Source: an uncultured Gemmatimonadales bacterium
GTDB lineage: Bacteria; Gemmatimonadota; Gemmatimonadetes; Gemmatimonadales; Gemmatimonadaceae
DNA length: 64,000 nucleotides
NCBI GenBank assembly: GCA_963850905.1
Contig: CAWKMU010000004.1
Location: 256,001 to 320,000, forward strand
Reading direction: 5' to 3'
The notes under the pieces were generated by a model that ran no database searches, was not told the origin of the DNA, and was given only the letters and a program-made list of their open reading frames with translations. Below, one piece after another: positions 49,996-60,468 of this stretch. The position numbers and the translations under genes are program-made. Position 1 is the stretch's first letter. Each line of letters starts with the position of its first letter.

Positions 49996-51168
49996 ATGAC
50001 TACGCCCGCTGCGCACACAAACGACAGTCGCGCCCATCAGCCCATCGGAGCTGCGCGCGGTGTTTCACTCGATGACCTCATCCTCAACTACGACCCGGAG
50101 TCTCCGCAGCAGCGGTTCACGTCCGCAAATCTCGAGGTGGCGTCATCGACCGTCAGCGAGCGGCTGCCCAGCGCCGTAGCCTGGCCGCACGCGCCGCCGA
50201 CCGCCGCGGCGCCCAACCCGGCCCCCGCGGCGACGGATGACCTGTCACGCTTCGCAGGCTTCGACGCCGTGGTCGTCACATGGACGGCCGCCGAGGCCGT
50301 GGCGCTCGCAACTCTGTTCACGCCCGACTATCCCCTCTCGGCGTGGTACGAGTATCGACACAATGTGGCGAGCTACGAGCCACTAGTTACGGGCAGCCAG
50401 GCGCCGTTCAACGACACACGACCCGAGCAGGCGCGTTACTACCGCAGCTTGGGTTTGTACTTCCCGTGCCGCATCGGCGACGCGCGTGTGCTGTTGTTCA
50501 AGTCCGGCTTGCACCTCGACTACGACGGGCCTGCGTGCCCGGTGAAGAAACTGATGGCCAAGTTGGCCCAGACGGTGCGGCCGAAGGTGTTCATTACAAC
50601 GGGGACCGGCGGCGCCATCGGACCGAGCGTGGCCCTCGGGGACGTGCTCATCGCTGTGGAAACGCGATTCGACTGCACAACCCAATTCGAGCATGAACCA
50701 TGGGCGAAGGCGACGTATGCGACGTCGCCGGTTCCCGCCGGTGCCGTGGCGGCGATCACCCCCCATCTCCTCGCGGCCAACGCCAGTCGGCTGCCCAATA
50801 CGCCAGTCCCGAAGATCATGCATGGCACGGGGGCGATTCAGGTCACGACCGACTTCTTCGGCTTCGACGATTCGACCGACTACTACCACCTACAGGGGCT
50901 GGGCCGCGTGTGCGACATGGGAGACGCAATGGTCGGTCAGGCACTGCAGCAGTTTGCCGAGATCAAATGGTATTCGGTGCGCAATGCATCAGACCCCCAG
51001 ATCAGCAATCCGAAGGGCGACATCGCGACGGCCAAGCAAACGGCCGGGGACATCTATATGAAGTACGGCGCGATTACGACGGCGGGGAGCCTGATCGCGA
51101 CGTGGGCCCTCATCGACAGGAGCATCAACATGAAGACGGCGACCGCGCGGTCTACGCGCACGCCATAG
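49996..51168 (+). CDS. Nucleoside phosphorylase (PNP/MTA-SAH nucleosidase)-fold protein, divergent
   Basis: VVTWTAAE, ITTGTGGAI, LGDVLIA, CDMGDAMV and SVRNASD map onto the PNP_UDP_1 scaffold; GGAGGGG RBS. Confidence 0.7.
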   Translation: MTTPAAHTNDSRAHQPIGAARGVSLDDLILNYDPESPQQRFTSANLEVASSTVSERLPSAVAWPHAPPTAAAPNPAPAATDDLSRFAGFDAVVVTWTAAEAVALATLFTPDYPLSAWYEYRHNVASYEPLVTGSQAPFNDTRPEQARYYRSLGLYFPCRIGDARVLLFKSGLHLDYDGPACPVKKLMAKLAQTVRPKVFITTGTGGAIGPSVALGDVLIAVETRFDCTTQFEHEPWAKATYATSPVPAGAVAAITPHLLAANASRLPNTPVPKIMHGTGAIQVTTDFFGFDDSTDYYHLQGLGRVCDMGDAMVGQALQQFAEIKWYSVRNASDPQISNPKGDIATAKQTAGDIYMKYGAITTAGSLIATWALIDRSINMKTATARSTRTP

Positions 51169-51170
51169 CG

Positions 51171-52856
51171 TCAACTTGACGGGAGCACCACTGTCACCGT
51201 GGTCCCGCGTCCCACCGCGCTGTCCAGTCGGAGCTCCCCGCGCATTGCTCGCGCGAGGTCTCGGGCGATAGAGAGACCGAGGCCGACACCCGGGTACCGC
51301 ATCCCGTTACTCTGCCCGAGCTGCACAAAGGGCTCGAGCACGTACTCGAGCTGCTCGGGCGGAATCCCAATGCCAGTGTCCTGTACCCAGACCTCAACCC
51401 GCGAATCCTGCGGGCGTTCGTGGCCGTTGTGTGGCTGCGCGCGAGCGCCCACCCGAATTACTCCGCCGGCATCCGTGAACTTCGCAGCGTTGGTCGCCAG
51501 ATTGAGCAGAATTTGATGTAGCCGGCCACGGTCGGCGCGAACGGTTAGGGATCGGTCGAATGCAACCCACTCGAATTGCAGCCGTCGCTGCGCGATCTGC
51601 GGCTCGACGCTTGCCTGGACTGCCATGAGCGCGTCGTGCACCAGGACGTCTTCGAGGTCGAGCCTGACCTGCCCGGCTTCAATCTTCGCGAAGCTCAATA
51701 CTTGGTCGATCAGCTTCAGGAGGTGCTCCTCGTTTCGTTGGATGCGCGAGATGTAGTTACGCTGTACGTCGGTGAGCGGACCCTTTTCCTCCAATGTCAG
51801 GAGATCGGCGTACCCGCGGATTGCTGTCAGCGGGGTGCGGAGCTCGTGACTCATGACGGCTAGGAACTGGGATTTGGCCTGATTGGCTTCCACTGCCGAC
51901 GCGTGCAGCGTCTTCTGTTCGGCCACCGCCGCCTCGAGCCCCCGCGTCGCTGTTCGACGCTCTGACACGGAGGCACCCAGCACGAGAAACGTCGCGGCTG
52001 TCACGCCCATGAAAACTTGTAGGGTCAGCAAGCTGCTGTAGAGTGCGGGCCGAGCGAATGGTCCGTACCCCAGGACGGTGGCCCATACGGCAACGAGCGA
52101 GATGATGAAGGTCGCAGTCACCCCACCCGGCTGCCCGAACCTGAGTGTCGCCCAGATCAAGACCGGGAACAACAGGTACACCTCGCCAAAGTGGGCCGCG
52201 GGCCCTTGTAGGCCCGCGAAAATGAACAGGCTTGCGGCAACCGTGGAAGCGCCGAGCGCCAAAGCTTCCAGCACGCGACCCGGGCGAAGGGGTGTGGGTT
52301 TGTAAGTCCACCATACGAGCAGGAGCGGCGCGACGAGAAGGTCGCCAATGAGGTCACCCAGCCACCACGTGCGCCACGTCTCTCCAACTGCCGTCGGCGC
52401 CACGATGCCGCCGAGCCTGAGACTTGCCACGCCAATGGTGGCGCTGAAGGTCGTGCTGATAGCCGCCCCGAGAGCGATCAACGCAAGGACGTCTGCCACT
52501 CGATCGAGGGACCGATCGAATCGCGGGAATAGCCTGAGGGCCTGAACGCCGACGAGCGCCTCAATGGTGTTGCCGGTCCCGATGGCCACTGCGACGGGTA
52601 ACGAAGCACCGGTCAAGACATTGGCCACGACCGCGCCGACCCACACACCTGGCCACAGGCTGGTGCCGAAGGTGAGCAGCGACGCGAGCGCAATCCCGGT
52701 CGGCGCCCAGACGAGTGTTGCGAATCCAGAGACCGCGTTGAGCCTGAGCCCGAGCCGGGCAGCCGCGACGTAGCCTGCTGCCAGCGCCACGAGCCCAAAA
52801 CCATACGTCACCCGGCGCCGGTCGAAACCCGAACTTAAGGCGGCATGCATCTGCAC
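51171..52856 (-). CDS. MASE1-domain sensor histidine kinase
   Basis: WAPTG...WWLGD MASE1; SHELRTPL, LLNLATNAAKFT, DTGIGI and GLGLSI. Confidence 0.93.
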   Translation of the reverse strand: MQMHAALSSGFDRRRVTYGFGLVALAAGYVAAARLGLRLNAVSGFATLVWAPTGIALASLLTFGTSLWPGVWVGAVVANVLTGASLPVAVAIGTGNTIEALVGVQALRLFPRFDRSLDRVADVLALIALGAAISTTFSATIGVASLRLGGIVAPTAVGETWRTWWLGDLIGDLLVAPLLLVWWTYKPTPLRPGRVLEALALGASTVAASLFIFAGLQGPAAHFGEVYLLFPVLIWATLRFGQPGGVTATFIISLVAVWATVLGYGPFARPALYSSLLTLQVFMGVTAATFLVLGASVSERRTATRGLEAAVAEQKTLHASAVEANQAKSQFLAVMSHELRTPLTAIRGYADLLTLEEKGPLTDVQRNYISRIQRNEEHLLKLIDQVLSFAKIEAGQVRLDLEDVLVHDALMAVQASVEPQIAQRRLQFEWVAFDRSLTVRADRGRLHQILLNLATNAAKFTDAGGVIRVGARAQPHNGHERPQDSRVEVWVQDTGIGIPPEQLEYVLEPFVQLGQSNGMRYPGVGLGLSIARDLARAMRGELRLDSAVGRGTTVTVVLPSS

Positions 52857-52943
52857 AACGATAGTCCGCGGGGCAAACGCCGCAACGGCGAATAGGCCTG
52901 CTGGCCTGCAAGACCTGACCGCCGCTCCCCCGCGGAGGGCCGA

Positions 52944-53297
52944 CTACTTCGCCCGATCGCCTCTCTTGTCGTAGGCCGCCACCGCGCGCCTGGGCGCGGT
53001 CAGCCGCCAGGCATCGACGACGAGCACGTGCATCGCTCTCGCACCCACTCTCGACAGCCGAACCGTCACCCAGCCGTACCGGCCGACGTACCGCGCGACT
53101 GAGAACGTCCGCGGAGCCGACGCGATGATCGTGTGCTGGTGCTCCTTCCGCGCCTTCACCGTCGCCTCGCGCCCATCGGCGCCCACGATCATGAAGATCT
53201 TGTTCTTCACGCGAAAGGTCGGCGAATCCCACGTCGTGCGCTCGACCGCGCCGGGGAGCGACAAAGCAATCCGCCGAAGGTCGGTTGGCTTTATCAC
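52944..53297 (-). CDS. MmcQ/YjbR-family protein
   Basis: IALSLPGAVE, PTFRVKNKIF and YVGRYGWV. Confidence 0.88.
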   Translation of the reverse strand: MIKPTDLRRIALSLPGAVERTTWDSPTFRVKNKIFMIVGADGREATVKARKEHQHTIIASAPRTFSVARYVGRYGWVTVRLSRVGARAMHVLVVDAWRLTAPRRAVAAYDKRGDRAK

Positions 53298-53307
53298 GAT
53301 CGACCGC

Positions 53308-55614
53308 TCAGCGGAGCTTGGCCCGTACCGTGATCGGCGCTGACCCGTTCAACATACCGAAGATGGCGCAATACTCTTTGTTGTTCAGGGTATCGGCCCG
53401 GATCCGCGGTGCCTTCCCCGTGTCCGGCGCAGTTCGCACCTGGACCGGCCGGTCGCAGGTAGCCGGCGGCCTGAGCGCTGCCTTGGCCGCATCCACGGCA
53501 CGACCTGAGATGAGCCACCCAAGGATGTAGGGCACGCTGTCCTTGAGCAGCAGGAATTCGGCCGCGTGAACCGGGTGCCGGCGAGGTTGCGCACAGCCCG
53601 GTGAACACCCGGGGCGATTGGTCGAGGTGTCGATCGGCGCCGTCGCCTGCGCAAGCCGGTCGAGCGACGCGATCTGGTCCGCCGTATGCGCGTCCCGTGC
53701 GTTCAACAGTGAACGGACCGGGCTCAGCGCCTCCGCCAACAGCTCGATCGACGACCGGCCACCCCACTGCACCGCGTTCGACTGCTCGGGAGCCACCGCA
53801 TATCCGATACGAATGACAACGGGCACCGCGTCAGTGTCCCGGCGAACGAGCGCGGCAAGTGCTAGCGCGGTCGCGAGCCCGGAGTTGTCGTAGTAACCGC
53901 CATCGACCAGGCGAAACACCCCGGGTTCGCTATCCGTCCGCGCGCGCGGCGCGATCACCCCCTCCGGCGAGACCACCGGAAAGCGAGCCGATAGAGTCGC
54001 CGCAGTGCTGAGTCGCAGGTCGAGCTGCGGGTCGATGTCGTACGTCGATAGAACCCCCGCTACCCCCGTGTCCCCGAACTCGATCTGGCTCGCGAGCACG
54101 CGCTCACCCGTCTCGACTCGCGTCGTGTTGAGGATGAGCGCGGGCACGGAGTCCGTCGTCTTCCAGCCGAGGAACGCGTCCGACGCGTTTCCCAGGAACG
54201 AGCGCTCGAACAACGGCCCGCGGCTACTGTCACCGGCGCTCTGCTCCAAGCCCCGCGAGAACGCGAGCTCCAACGCACGCGCGCGATCCACCTGCGCCCA
54301 CGGGAACGGCAGGAACCACGCGAGAATGCCGGGATAGAGGCCCTCGGCAAGTGCCGGCGTCAGAAAATCCTGCCCGACGAAGTCGGCCAGTCTGCCCGTC
54401 AGCGGAAGCGAGTCGCTCGGGCTGGGACACGCCACTCCAATGTCGCCGCTGCGATGCCGTCTCGCCATCGCCACATACGCCGCGCTTCCCACACTTCCGC
54501 CAGATACGCCACTGATCGCCAGCGTGTGAATGGGAAACGCCGGACACACATCCGTCAGATATCCCATCACCAACGACGCGGTCATCGCCGCTCTGATCCC
54601 TCCTCCTTCGGCCGCGACGATGAACACGGGATACGCGTGGCCATACCGCGCCCGGTCCGGCCGGTTCGCCATCCAGGACGAGATCGCCTCTGCGACAGGC
54701 ACCGGTCGCGACACGCGCCCCGCCGGTTGCCCGTCGAGGCGACGGACCACGTGATCCTCGTTGAGGTTGAGGGCGGCGAAGACAACCGCCGCGACGATGA
54801 GCCACCGCACGAACGGCTTGTTGTGATGCCGGCTCTGGTAGAGCAGCCACGTGATCGCCGTGATCCACGAGGCGACGGACAACATGACCACGCCGGGCGT
54901 CGTCAACCACGCCAGACAGGCGCCATTTTTCCATACGATCCACGCGCAGAGCACAGCCCACCCCGTCGCGATCGCGCCGAAGGTAAGCCGGCTGGTACGC
55001 GGCAGATCCGACAACAACGGCTGGATCGCGGCCTCCGCATCCGTACGCGGCTCCACTATTCGCCTGGACTCCGGCGATCGCGATCGATACACGTCGAGCC
55101 ACACGCGGCGACCCACGAAGAACAGGTACAACGCGATCGACAGTCCAATGCCGCCTGCGCACAACACGATCGCCGACGCACCGTCGCGCTGACTCGGCAC
55201 CCACGTGATCACCGCATAGCCGGTGGCGATCGCGAGCCCCGGGATCACACCCCAGACGCGGGGGACGACCTTGGCGGCCCCCGTCGGCGTGCCCTGCGTG
55301 CTCGGCTGGTAGACATACAGCGCAACCCGCGCGCAGTACCAGGCGGTAAGGCCCGCAATGCAGGTCGCCACAAAGAGCGACACGCCGGGCCCCCACGGCA
55401 CGCTGCACCGGGGGACGTTCCCGCCCTCGGCGATGACGCGCAACGCCTCGAGCCCCTGCGGGAGCGCGCACAGCGTCACCCCGGCCGCGATCGGGATGAC
55501 CGCGCTCGGCAATGTCAGTCGCACGACCTCCCATACGGGAGCGACCCGCTGTCGTGCGGCATCGAACCGCTGCCCCACGACTCGACGGAGAGCTGAGGCA
55601 TCGCTACCAGTCAT
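53308..55614 (-). CDS. Multi-TM patatin-like phospholipase
   Basis: EGGGIRA oxyanion loop, SGVSGGS nucleophile, LSARFP and VDGGYYDNSG; hydrophobic N-terminal third. Confidence 0.85.
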   Translation of the reverse strand: MTGSDASALRRVVGQRFDAARQRVAPVWEVVRLTLPSAVIPIAAGVTLCALPQGLEALRVIAEGGNVPRCSVPWGPGVSLFVATCIAGLTAWYCARVALYVYQPSTQGTPTGAAKVVPRVWGVIPGLAIATGYAVITWVPSQRDGASAIVLCAGGIGLSIALYLFFVGRRVWLDVYRSRSPESRRIVEPRTDAEAAIQPLLSDLPRTSRLTFGAIATGWAVLCAWIVWKNGACLAWLTTPGVVMLSVASWITAITWLLYQSRHHNKPFVRWLIVAAVVFAALNLNEDHVVRRLDGQPAGRVSRPVPVAEAISSWMANRPDRARYGHAYPVFIVAAEGGGIRAAMTASLVMGYLTDVCPAFPIHTLAISGVSGGSVGSAAYVAMARRHRSGDIGVACPSPSDSLPLTGRLADFVGQDFLTPALAEGLYPGILAWFLPFPWAQVDRARALELAFSRGLEQSAGDSSRGPLFERSFLGNASDAFLGWKTTDSVPALILNTTRVETGERVLASQIEFGDTGVAGVLSTYDIDPQLDLRLSTAATLSARFPVVSPEGVIAPRARTDSEPGVFRLVDGGYYDNSGLATALALAALVRRDTDAVPVVIRIGYAVAPEQSNAVQWGGRSSIELLAEALSPVRSLLNARDAHTADQIASLDRLAQATAPIDTSTNRPGCSPGCAQPRRHPVHAAEFLLLKDSVPYILGWLISGRAVDAAKAALRPPATCDRPVQVRTAPDTGKAPRIRADTLNNKEYCAIFGMLNGSAPITVRAKLR

Positions 55615-55686
55615 GGCGTCCCTGTGCTCGGTCGTTCACGAAGGTGCCCGCGTCGATCGCGGACCGCCAGAGGCGGCCGCGACCCG

Positions 55687-58314
55687 CTACTGCTGCGCGA
55701 CGAGCGCCTGAAAGCGCGGATTCCCTCGCAGCGGCGCGAAGTTCGGATCAAGGGTGAGCCACGCGGGCGTGAGATAGTACGGCCGCACCAGGAGGGGCGC
55801 GAGGAGATCGAGGGCGCGCGCCTGTTCGCCGAGGATGATGTAGGCGCGCACGGCTTGATGCTGGATGTACGGCCCATCCCAAGCGTGCTGCGACGAGCCT
55901 TGCACCGCAAGCGACTCCTGTTGCATCGCCTCCGCTTTCCGCCCGAGGTAGGCCAGGGCCTGCCCGTAAAACGCGCGCACCTCGCTGGTACCCCCGCCAG
56001 CCCGAATGAACCGCTCGATCGCGGACCGTCCCGTGTCAGCAAAGGCACGCGCACGCGCCCGATCACCTCCCCGCCAGTAGATCTCCGATTGGGTCAGTGC
56101 CCATTGGCCCCGGCCTCCCGGGTAGGCCGACGGCGGAGCCGCGAGCACCAATGCGAGGTCGGCACTGTCCAGCACCCACGAGAGATCGTAGAACGCGGAG
56201 ACGTACACACCGAGAGGTGTCGCTCCCGCATCCTCCCGCGCCGTGCGCAGCACCACCTTGGCCCCGGCGAGGTCGCCAACGGCGAGTGCGCACATTGTCC
56301 GGTAGTCGACCGCCGCCAAGTTCCCCGGCCCCAGTGCGAGCGCGCGATCCGCGGCCGCGCGCGCCTCGGGCAGCCGCCTGAGCCAGAGTAGCGTCGAGCT
56401 GACCGCCCACGCCGCCTGCGAAGAGCGTGGATCCAGATCTGCCGCCATCGTGAGATGTGCGAGCGCGGTATCCCAGTCCCCACGATCGCGTTCCGCGACT
56501 CCCGCGAGCGTCAGCAGCTCCGCGTTCTTCGGCTCCGCGCGCAGTCCCGCCTCGTACTCTGCAAGCGCACGTTCGTTGTCCCGCAGAACGTAGTGCGCGT
56601 AGGCGCCAAGCGCGGCGTGCGTCCCCGGGGCGTTCGGCGCCAGGGCCTGCGCTCGGCGCGCCGCAACCAACGACGCGGAGTCCGCGGCGCGCGACATCCC
56701 GGTGTAGTACCCGACCGCCCACGCCTTCGAGAGCGCCGCCCACGCGAGCGCGAACCCGGGATCCAGCTCGACCGCCCGCTGGTACAGCGCGATCGCCCGC
56801 TCGAGCGACGGACGGTCCACGTCGGTCCGCTCCTGGATGGCCTGCGCGCCAAGGTACGCCGTATAGGCAACGAGATTACGCGTCGGTCGATTGGTAATCT
56901 CAGTCCGGAGTGCTGGGTTCAGAGCCACACCCAGCGCATCGGCAACTCTCGTCGCAATGTCCGACTGCACGGCGAAGACGTCGGTCAGCGGCGCGTCGAA
57001 CGGGTGCCCCCACTTCTCCGACGCCGTCGTGGCGTAGACGAGCTCTGGGCGCACCTGCACGCGGCTGCCGGCCGCGGCCTTGTCCCACCGCACCGTCGCC
57101 GTCAGCAGGTACTGCGCACCGAGCTCGCGACCGATCACGGTCGGGGATTTCGGACTTCGCCGGTACTGCTCGGAGCTCGCGCGTGCGATGACCTCGAGTC
57201 CCGGAAGCTCCGCGAGTTTGTCACGCACCGCATCGGTGACACCGTCGGCGAAATAGGCATCGCTCGAATCACCGAGGTTCTCGAACGGGAGCACCGCGAC
57301 ACGGACGCCGCTCGGGGGCGCCTGCGGTCGCTGACGCCCTCGCCAAAGGAACAGACCCACCGCCCCCAGCAGGACCACCGCGGCCACCGCCGCCGCAGCG
57401 CGCAGCGGTCGGCGCTTGGCCCCCACGACGAGCCCGCCGGTGCGTTCAGCGCCGCCCGTGACCGGCTCTGGCTCGAGCGCCGCGGCAAATGCCGCCGCAC
57501 TCGGGAACCGATCGGCGGGCACCGGCGCAAGCGCTCGACGGATTGCGTCATCGATTCCCGCCGGCACAGCCGGTCGCACCTGCCGCACCGAAGGCGCCAG
57601 ACTGGTCATCATCTTCGCGATCGTTGCCTGAGCGGTCACTCCCATGAACGGGGGCTCGCCGGCAAGCATCTCGTAGGTGATTGCCCCCAGGCTGTACACG
57701 TCCGTCGCGGGCCCAAGCACTCGCTCGCCGCTCGCCTGCTCAGGACTCATGTACGACGGCGTGCCGACGATGACGCCAGTCTTGGTGATCGAGTCGAGGC
57801 GCGCTCCCTCTTCAGTGCCATCTGCATCCAGCGCTCGTGCCACGCCGAAGTCGGCCACCATGGCGTGCCCGCCGCTCAGCAGAATGTTTTCAGGCTTGAT
57901 GTCTCGGTGCACGACGTCATGCTCGTGTGCATACTGCAGCGCCCCGGCCACCTCACGGGCAAGTCGCAGAGCCTCCTCGAGCGGCAGCTGGTGCTCCCGC
58001 CGGAGCCGGGCGCGCAACGTCTCACCCTGGACATAGGGCATGGTAAACCACGGCTGCCCCGACCGGGTGACGCCGGAGTCGTGCACGGTCAGGATGTGCG
58101 GGTGCTGCAGCCGTGCGCTGAGCAGGATCTCGCGCCGGAAGCGCTCCCCGCTCCCCGGCGCGCCAGCCAAGTCGAGCACCTTGACGGCGACCAGTCGCTC
58201 ATGCTTCGCGTCGCGAGCCAGATAGACGGTCGCCATCCCCCCGCGACCGAGCTCGCGCTCGAGGATGTAGCGTGGTGCGAGATCGGCCTGCAAATCGCCG
58301 GGGAGATCTACCAT
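55687..58314 (-). CDS. Ser/Thr protein kinase with TM helix, TolB-like (VAVLPFENLG) and TPR domains
   Basis: LGRGGMATV, HRDIKPEN, DFG and GTPSYMSPEQ; YFADG; TPR repeats; ends PLRGNPRFQAL. Confidence 0.93.
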   Translation of the reverse strand: MVDLPGDLQADLAPRYILERELGRGGMATVYLARDAKHERLVAVKVLDLAGAPGSGERFRREILLSARLQHPHILTVHDSGVTRSGQPWFTMPYVQGETLRARLRREHQLPLEEALRLAREVAGALQYAHEHDVVHRDIKPENILLSGGHAMVADFGVARALDADGTEEGARLDSITKTGVIVGTPSYMSPEQASGERVLGPATDVYSLGAITYEMLAGEPPFMGVTAQATIAKMMTSLAPSVRQVRPAVPAGIDDAIRRALAPVPADRFPSAAAFAAALEPEPVTGGAERTGGLVVGAKRRPLRAAAAVAAVVLLGAVGLFLWRGRQRPQAPPSGVRVAVLPFENLGDSSDAYFADGVTDAVRDKLAELPGLEVIARASSEQYRRSPKSPTVIGRELGAQYLLTATVRWDKAAAGSRVQVRPELVYATTASEKWGHPFDAPLTDVFAVQSDIATRVADALGVALNPALRTEITNRPTRNLVAYTAYLGAQAIQERTDVDRPSLERAIALYQRAVELDPGFALAWAALSKAWAVGYYTGMSRAADSASLVAARRAQALAPNAPGTHAALGAYAHYVLRDNERALAEYEAGLRAEPKNAELLTLAGVAERDRGDWDTALAHLTMAADLDPRSSQAAWAVSSTLLWLRRLPEARAAADRALALGPGNLAAVDYRTMCALAVGDLAGAKVVLRTAREDAGATPLGVYVSAFYDLSWVLDSADLALVLAAPPSAYPGGRGQWALTQSEIYWRGGDRARARAFADTGRSAIERFIRAGGGTSEVRAFYGQALAYLGRKAEAMQQESLAVQGSSQHAWDGPYIQHQAVRAYIILGEQARALDLLAPLLVRPYYLTPAWLTLDPNFAPLRGNPRFQALVAQQ

Positions 58315-58447
58315 CGGACACTCGGCAAGTGACGATGCACTTCGTCGTGGTGCCCAAGATAACGACGCCACCTGGGGGGCGCCCGATGGCGCGCCCGCGT
58401 CACTCGCTGCGTCGCGTCGTGCGCGTAGGACAGTGGTATCGGCGAAG

Positions 58448-58810
58448 CTACTTCTTGGCTGCGGCGTACGCACCGGCACCCATCAGGTGCAGCGATACGT
58501 ATGGCTCGTTGCCGACCACCCAGCTGTCGTGGCCCGGAGCAATGTAAAAGATGTCGCCGGCTGCCATCTCGACCATGGTCCCATCATCCATCGCCGCAAC
58601 GGCTCGCCCCGACACGACGAGTCCAACATGCTCGACATCGCAGCTTTTCTTGCCAAGCGCTGCGCCGACGTCGGTGGACCACTTCCAGCCTGGCTGATAC
58701 GTCGCTCGGCCGATCGTCATGCCGCCAATGTGTACGACCTCGAAGCGTCCCTTAGGGAAGCTCCGAGTCTCGTCGGGATGTTCGAACTGTTTGATGATGA
58801 CGTCGTCCAC
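58448..58810 (-). CDS. Cupin-domain protein
   Basis: YQPGWKWS, CDVEHVG and PGHDSWVVG. Confidence 0.88.
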   Translation of the reverse strand: MDDVIIKQFEHPDETRSFPKGRFEVVHIGGMTIGRATYQPGWKWSTDVGAALGKKSCDVEHVGLVVSGRAVAAMDDGTMVEMAAGDIFYIAPGHDSWVVGNEPYVSLHLMGAGAYAAAKK

Positions 58811-58831
58811 AAGTCCTCCGTCCCTGTTTCT

Positions 58832-59482
58832 TCACCCCGCCTTTCGAAAAGTCAAGTTGATGCGGTGCGGCCCGACCAGCGGATGATCGCCGTCGGCGAG
58901 TGGTGCGATCCCGTGAAATCGCAGGCGGTCCGGGCCTCCCCACACCACGACATCGCCATGCCGAAGCGGAATGCGAGCTTGTTTCTCGCTCCGCTTCATG
59001 CCGCCGAACAGGAAGACAGCTGTCAACCCGAGCGAAACGGAGACGATCGGATGGCCGAAGTCCTGTTCGTCGCGATCCTGGTGGAGTGACAACTTGGCGC
59101 CCGGATCGTACCGATTGACGAGACAAGCGTCGGGCATGAACCCAGAAAACTCCGCTGCGCGCGCCGCGTCAGTCGCCAGCCGCGCAAACACGTCTGGCAG
59201 TGGCGGCCATGGACGCCCCGTCTCGGGATCGGTGGGATCGTACCGGTAACCAGCGCGATCCGTCACCCAACCGACAGTCCCACAGTTCGTCATCGCGACC
59301 GACATCCGAAAAGCGCCCGGCGTGACCATGTGCCGAAAGGGCGCCGCCGTGGCAACGTTTCGCACTGCCTGTAATAGCAGACCTTCCTCGCGTAGCGCGA
59401 ATCCGCGGAGCAAGAGCGAGCCCGGCCCCAGCCGTTCGTTCTTGCCGACGTTGACGGACTCATCGAAAAGCGGGAGGGTCAT
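58832..59482 (-). CDS. alkB: DNA oxidative demethylase AlkB
   Basis: MSVAMTNCG, DACLVNRY, LSLHQD, FHGI and RINLTFR. Confidence 0.95.
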   Translation of the reverse strand: MTLPLFDESVNVGKNERLGPGSLLLRGFALREEGLLLQAVRNVATAAPFRHMVTPGAFRMSVAMTNCGTVGWVTDRAGYRYDPTDPETGRPWPPLPDVFARLATDAARAAEFSGFMPDACLVNRYDPGAKLSLHQDRDEQDFGHPIVSVSLGLTAVFLFGGMKRSEKQARIPLRHGDVVVWGGPDRLRFHGIAPLADGDHPLVGPHRINLTFRKAG

Positions 59483-59503
59483 GAAGCCAGCCCTGCCAAT
59501 CCC

Positions 59504-60253
59504 TCAGGCCGCATCATGAAAGATGATGCCGACGGTGTGCCGGTGCCCAGAACGTATGCGACTGACACCGTGGCGGAGTTCGACGCGGTAGGCGCCTCGA
59601 GTCCCCTGGACCGGCCGGTGGTGTACGGCGAACGCGACGGCATCGCCCTGACGGAGCGGGACCACTTCCACGCGCGACTGCATCCTGGGACGCTGTTCGG
59701 TCAACGCGAACTCCCCACCCGTAAAGTCCCGCCCGGGCTCCGACAGCAGGATGGCGACCTGCAGCGGGAACACGTGCTCGCCGTACAGGTCCTGATGCAG
59801 GCAGTTGTAGTCGTCGGCGGCGTATTGCAGCAGGAGCGGCGTCGGCTTCGTCTGGCCCGCCGCGTGGCAGCGCTCGATGTATCGGGTATGGGAGCCGGGA
59901 TATTGGACGTCGATCTGCAGCGCGCGATTCCAGCGATTGGCGACCTCCGCCAGATGCGGGTACAACGCGGTACGCAGGTCCGAAATGATGCGGGGTAGCG
60001 GGTACTTGAAGTACTGATATTCGCCGCGTCCAAATCCGTGCCGCGCCATGATGACCTTGCTGCGGAAATAGCGGTCCTCGCTGTAGCTGGCCGCCAATGC
60101 CTCGCATTCGTCGGGCGTGAGCAGGCGCTCGAGAACGGCATTCCCCCGAGCATCGAGTTCGTCGGAAGCACGCTGCCAGTCGATCGCGCGAATGCGCGCG
60201 CTCTCGCCGAGCGTCGAGTCGGATGCGGCTGTCTGTGCTGTAGCCAGCGTCAT
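59504..60253 (-). CDS. 2OG-Fe(II) oxygenase (DUF2086 / prolyl-hydroxylase-like), commonly alkB-linked
   Basis: HGFGRGEY, YNCLHQDLYGE, RHGVS and GIIFHDA. Confidence 0.9.
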   Translation of the reverse strand: MTLATAQTAASDSTLGESARIRAIDWQRASDELDARGNAVLERLLTPDECEALAASYSEDRYFRSKVIMARHGFGRGEYQYFKYPLPRIISDLRTALYPHLAEVANRWNRALQIDVQYPGSHTRYIERCHAAGQTKPTPLLLQYAADDYNCLHQDLYGEHVFPLQVAILLSEPGRDFTGGEFALTEQRPRMQSRVEVVPLRQGDAVAFAVHHRPVQGTRGAYRVELRHGVSRIRSGHRHTVGIIFHDAA

Positions 60254-60468
60254 ACCGCGTCTCCTCGGGCAGTCTGAATCTGACCGCAGTCTAGGGGACG
60301 ACACACCTCCGTGCACCTCGGTTTATGTCGTGAAAGTCGGCCAGCGCCCTGTGACTGCGGCTTCGCCAGACCGTGACATGGCTGGGGCTATTCCGTTTGT
60401 GCTGCGGTCCCAAAGGTGCGTTACGGTTCCTCCAATATCCCGACAACCTGCCGCCCCAGGAGGATCCC

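Noticed and set aside
56455..58332. Long antisense ORFs (625 aa here; also 61855-63237, 6945-7895, 14910-15971)
   Set aside because: Mirror frames of real genes, expected in high-GC DNA; no recognisable motifs.
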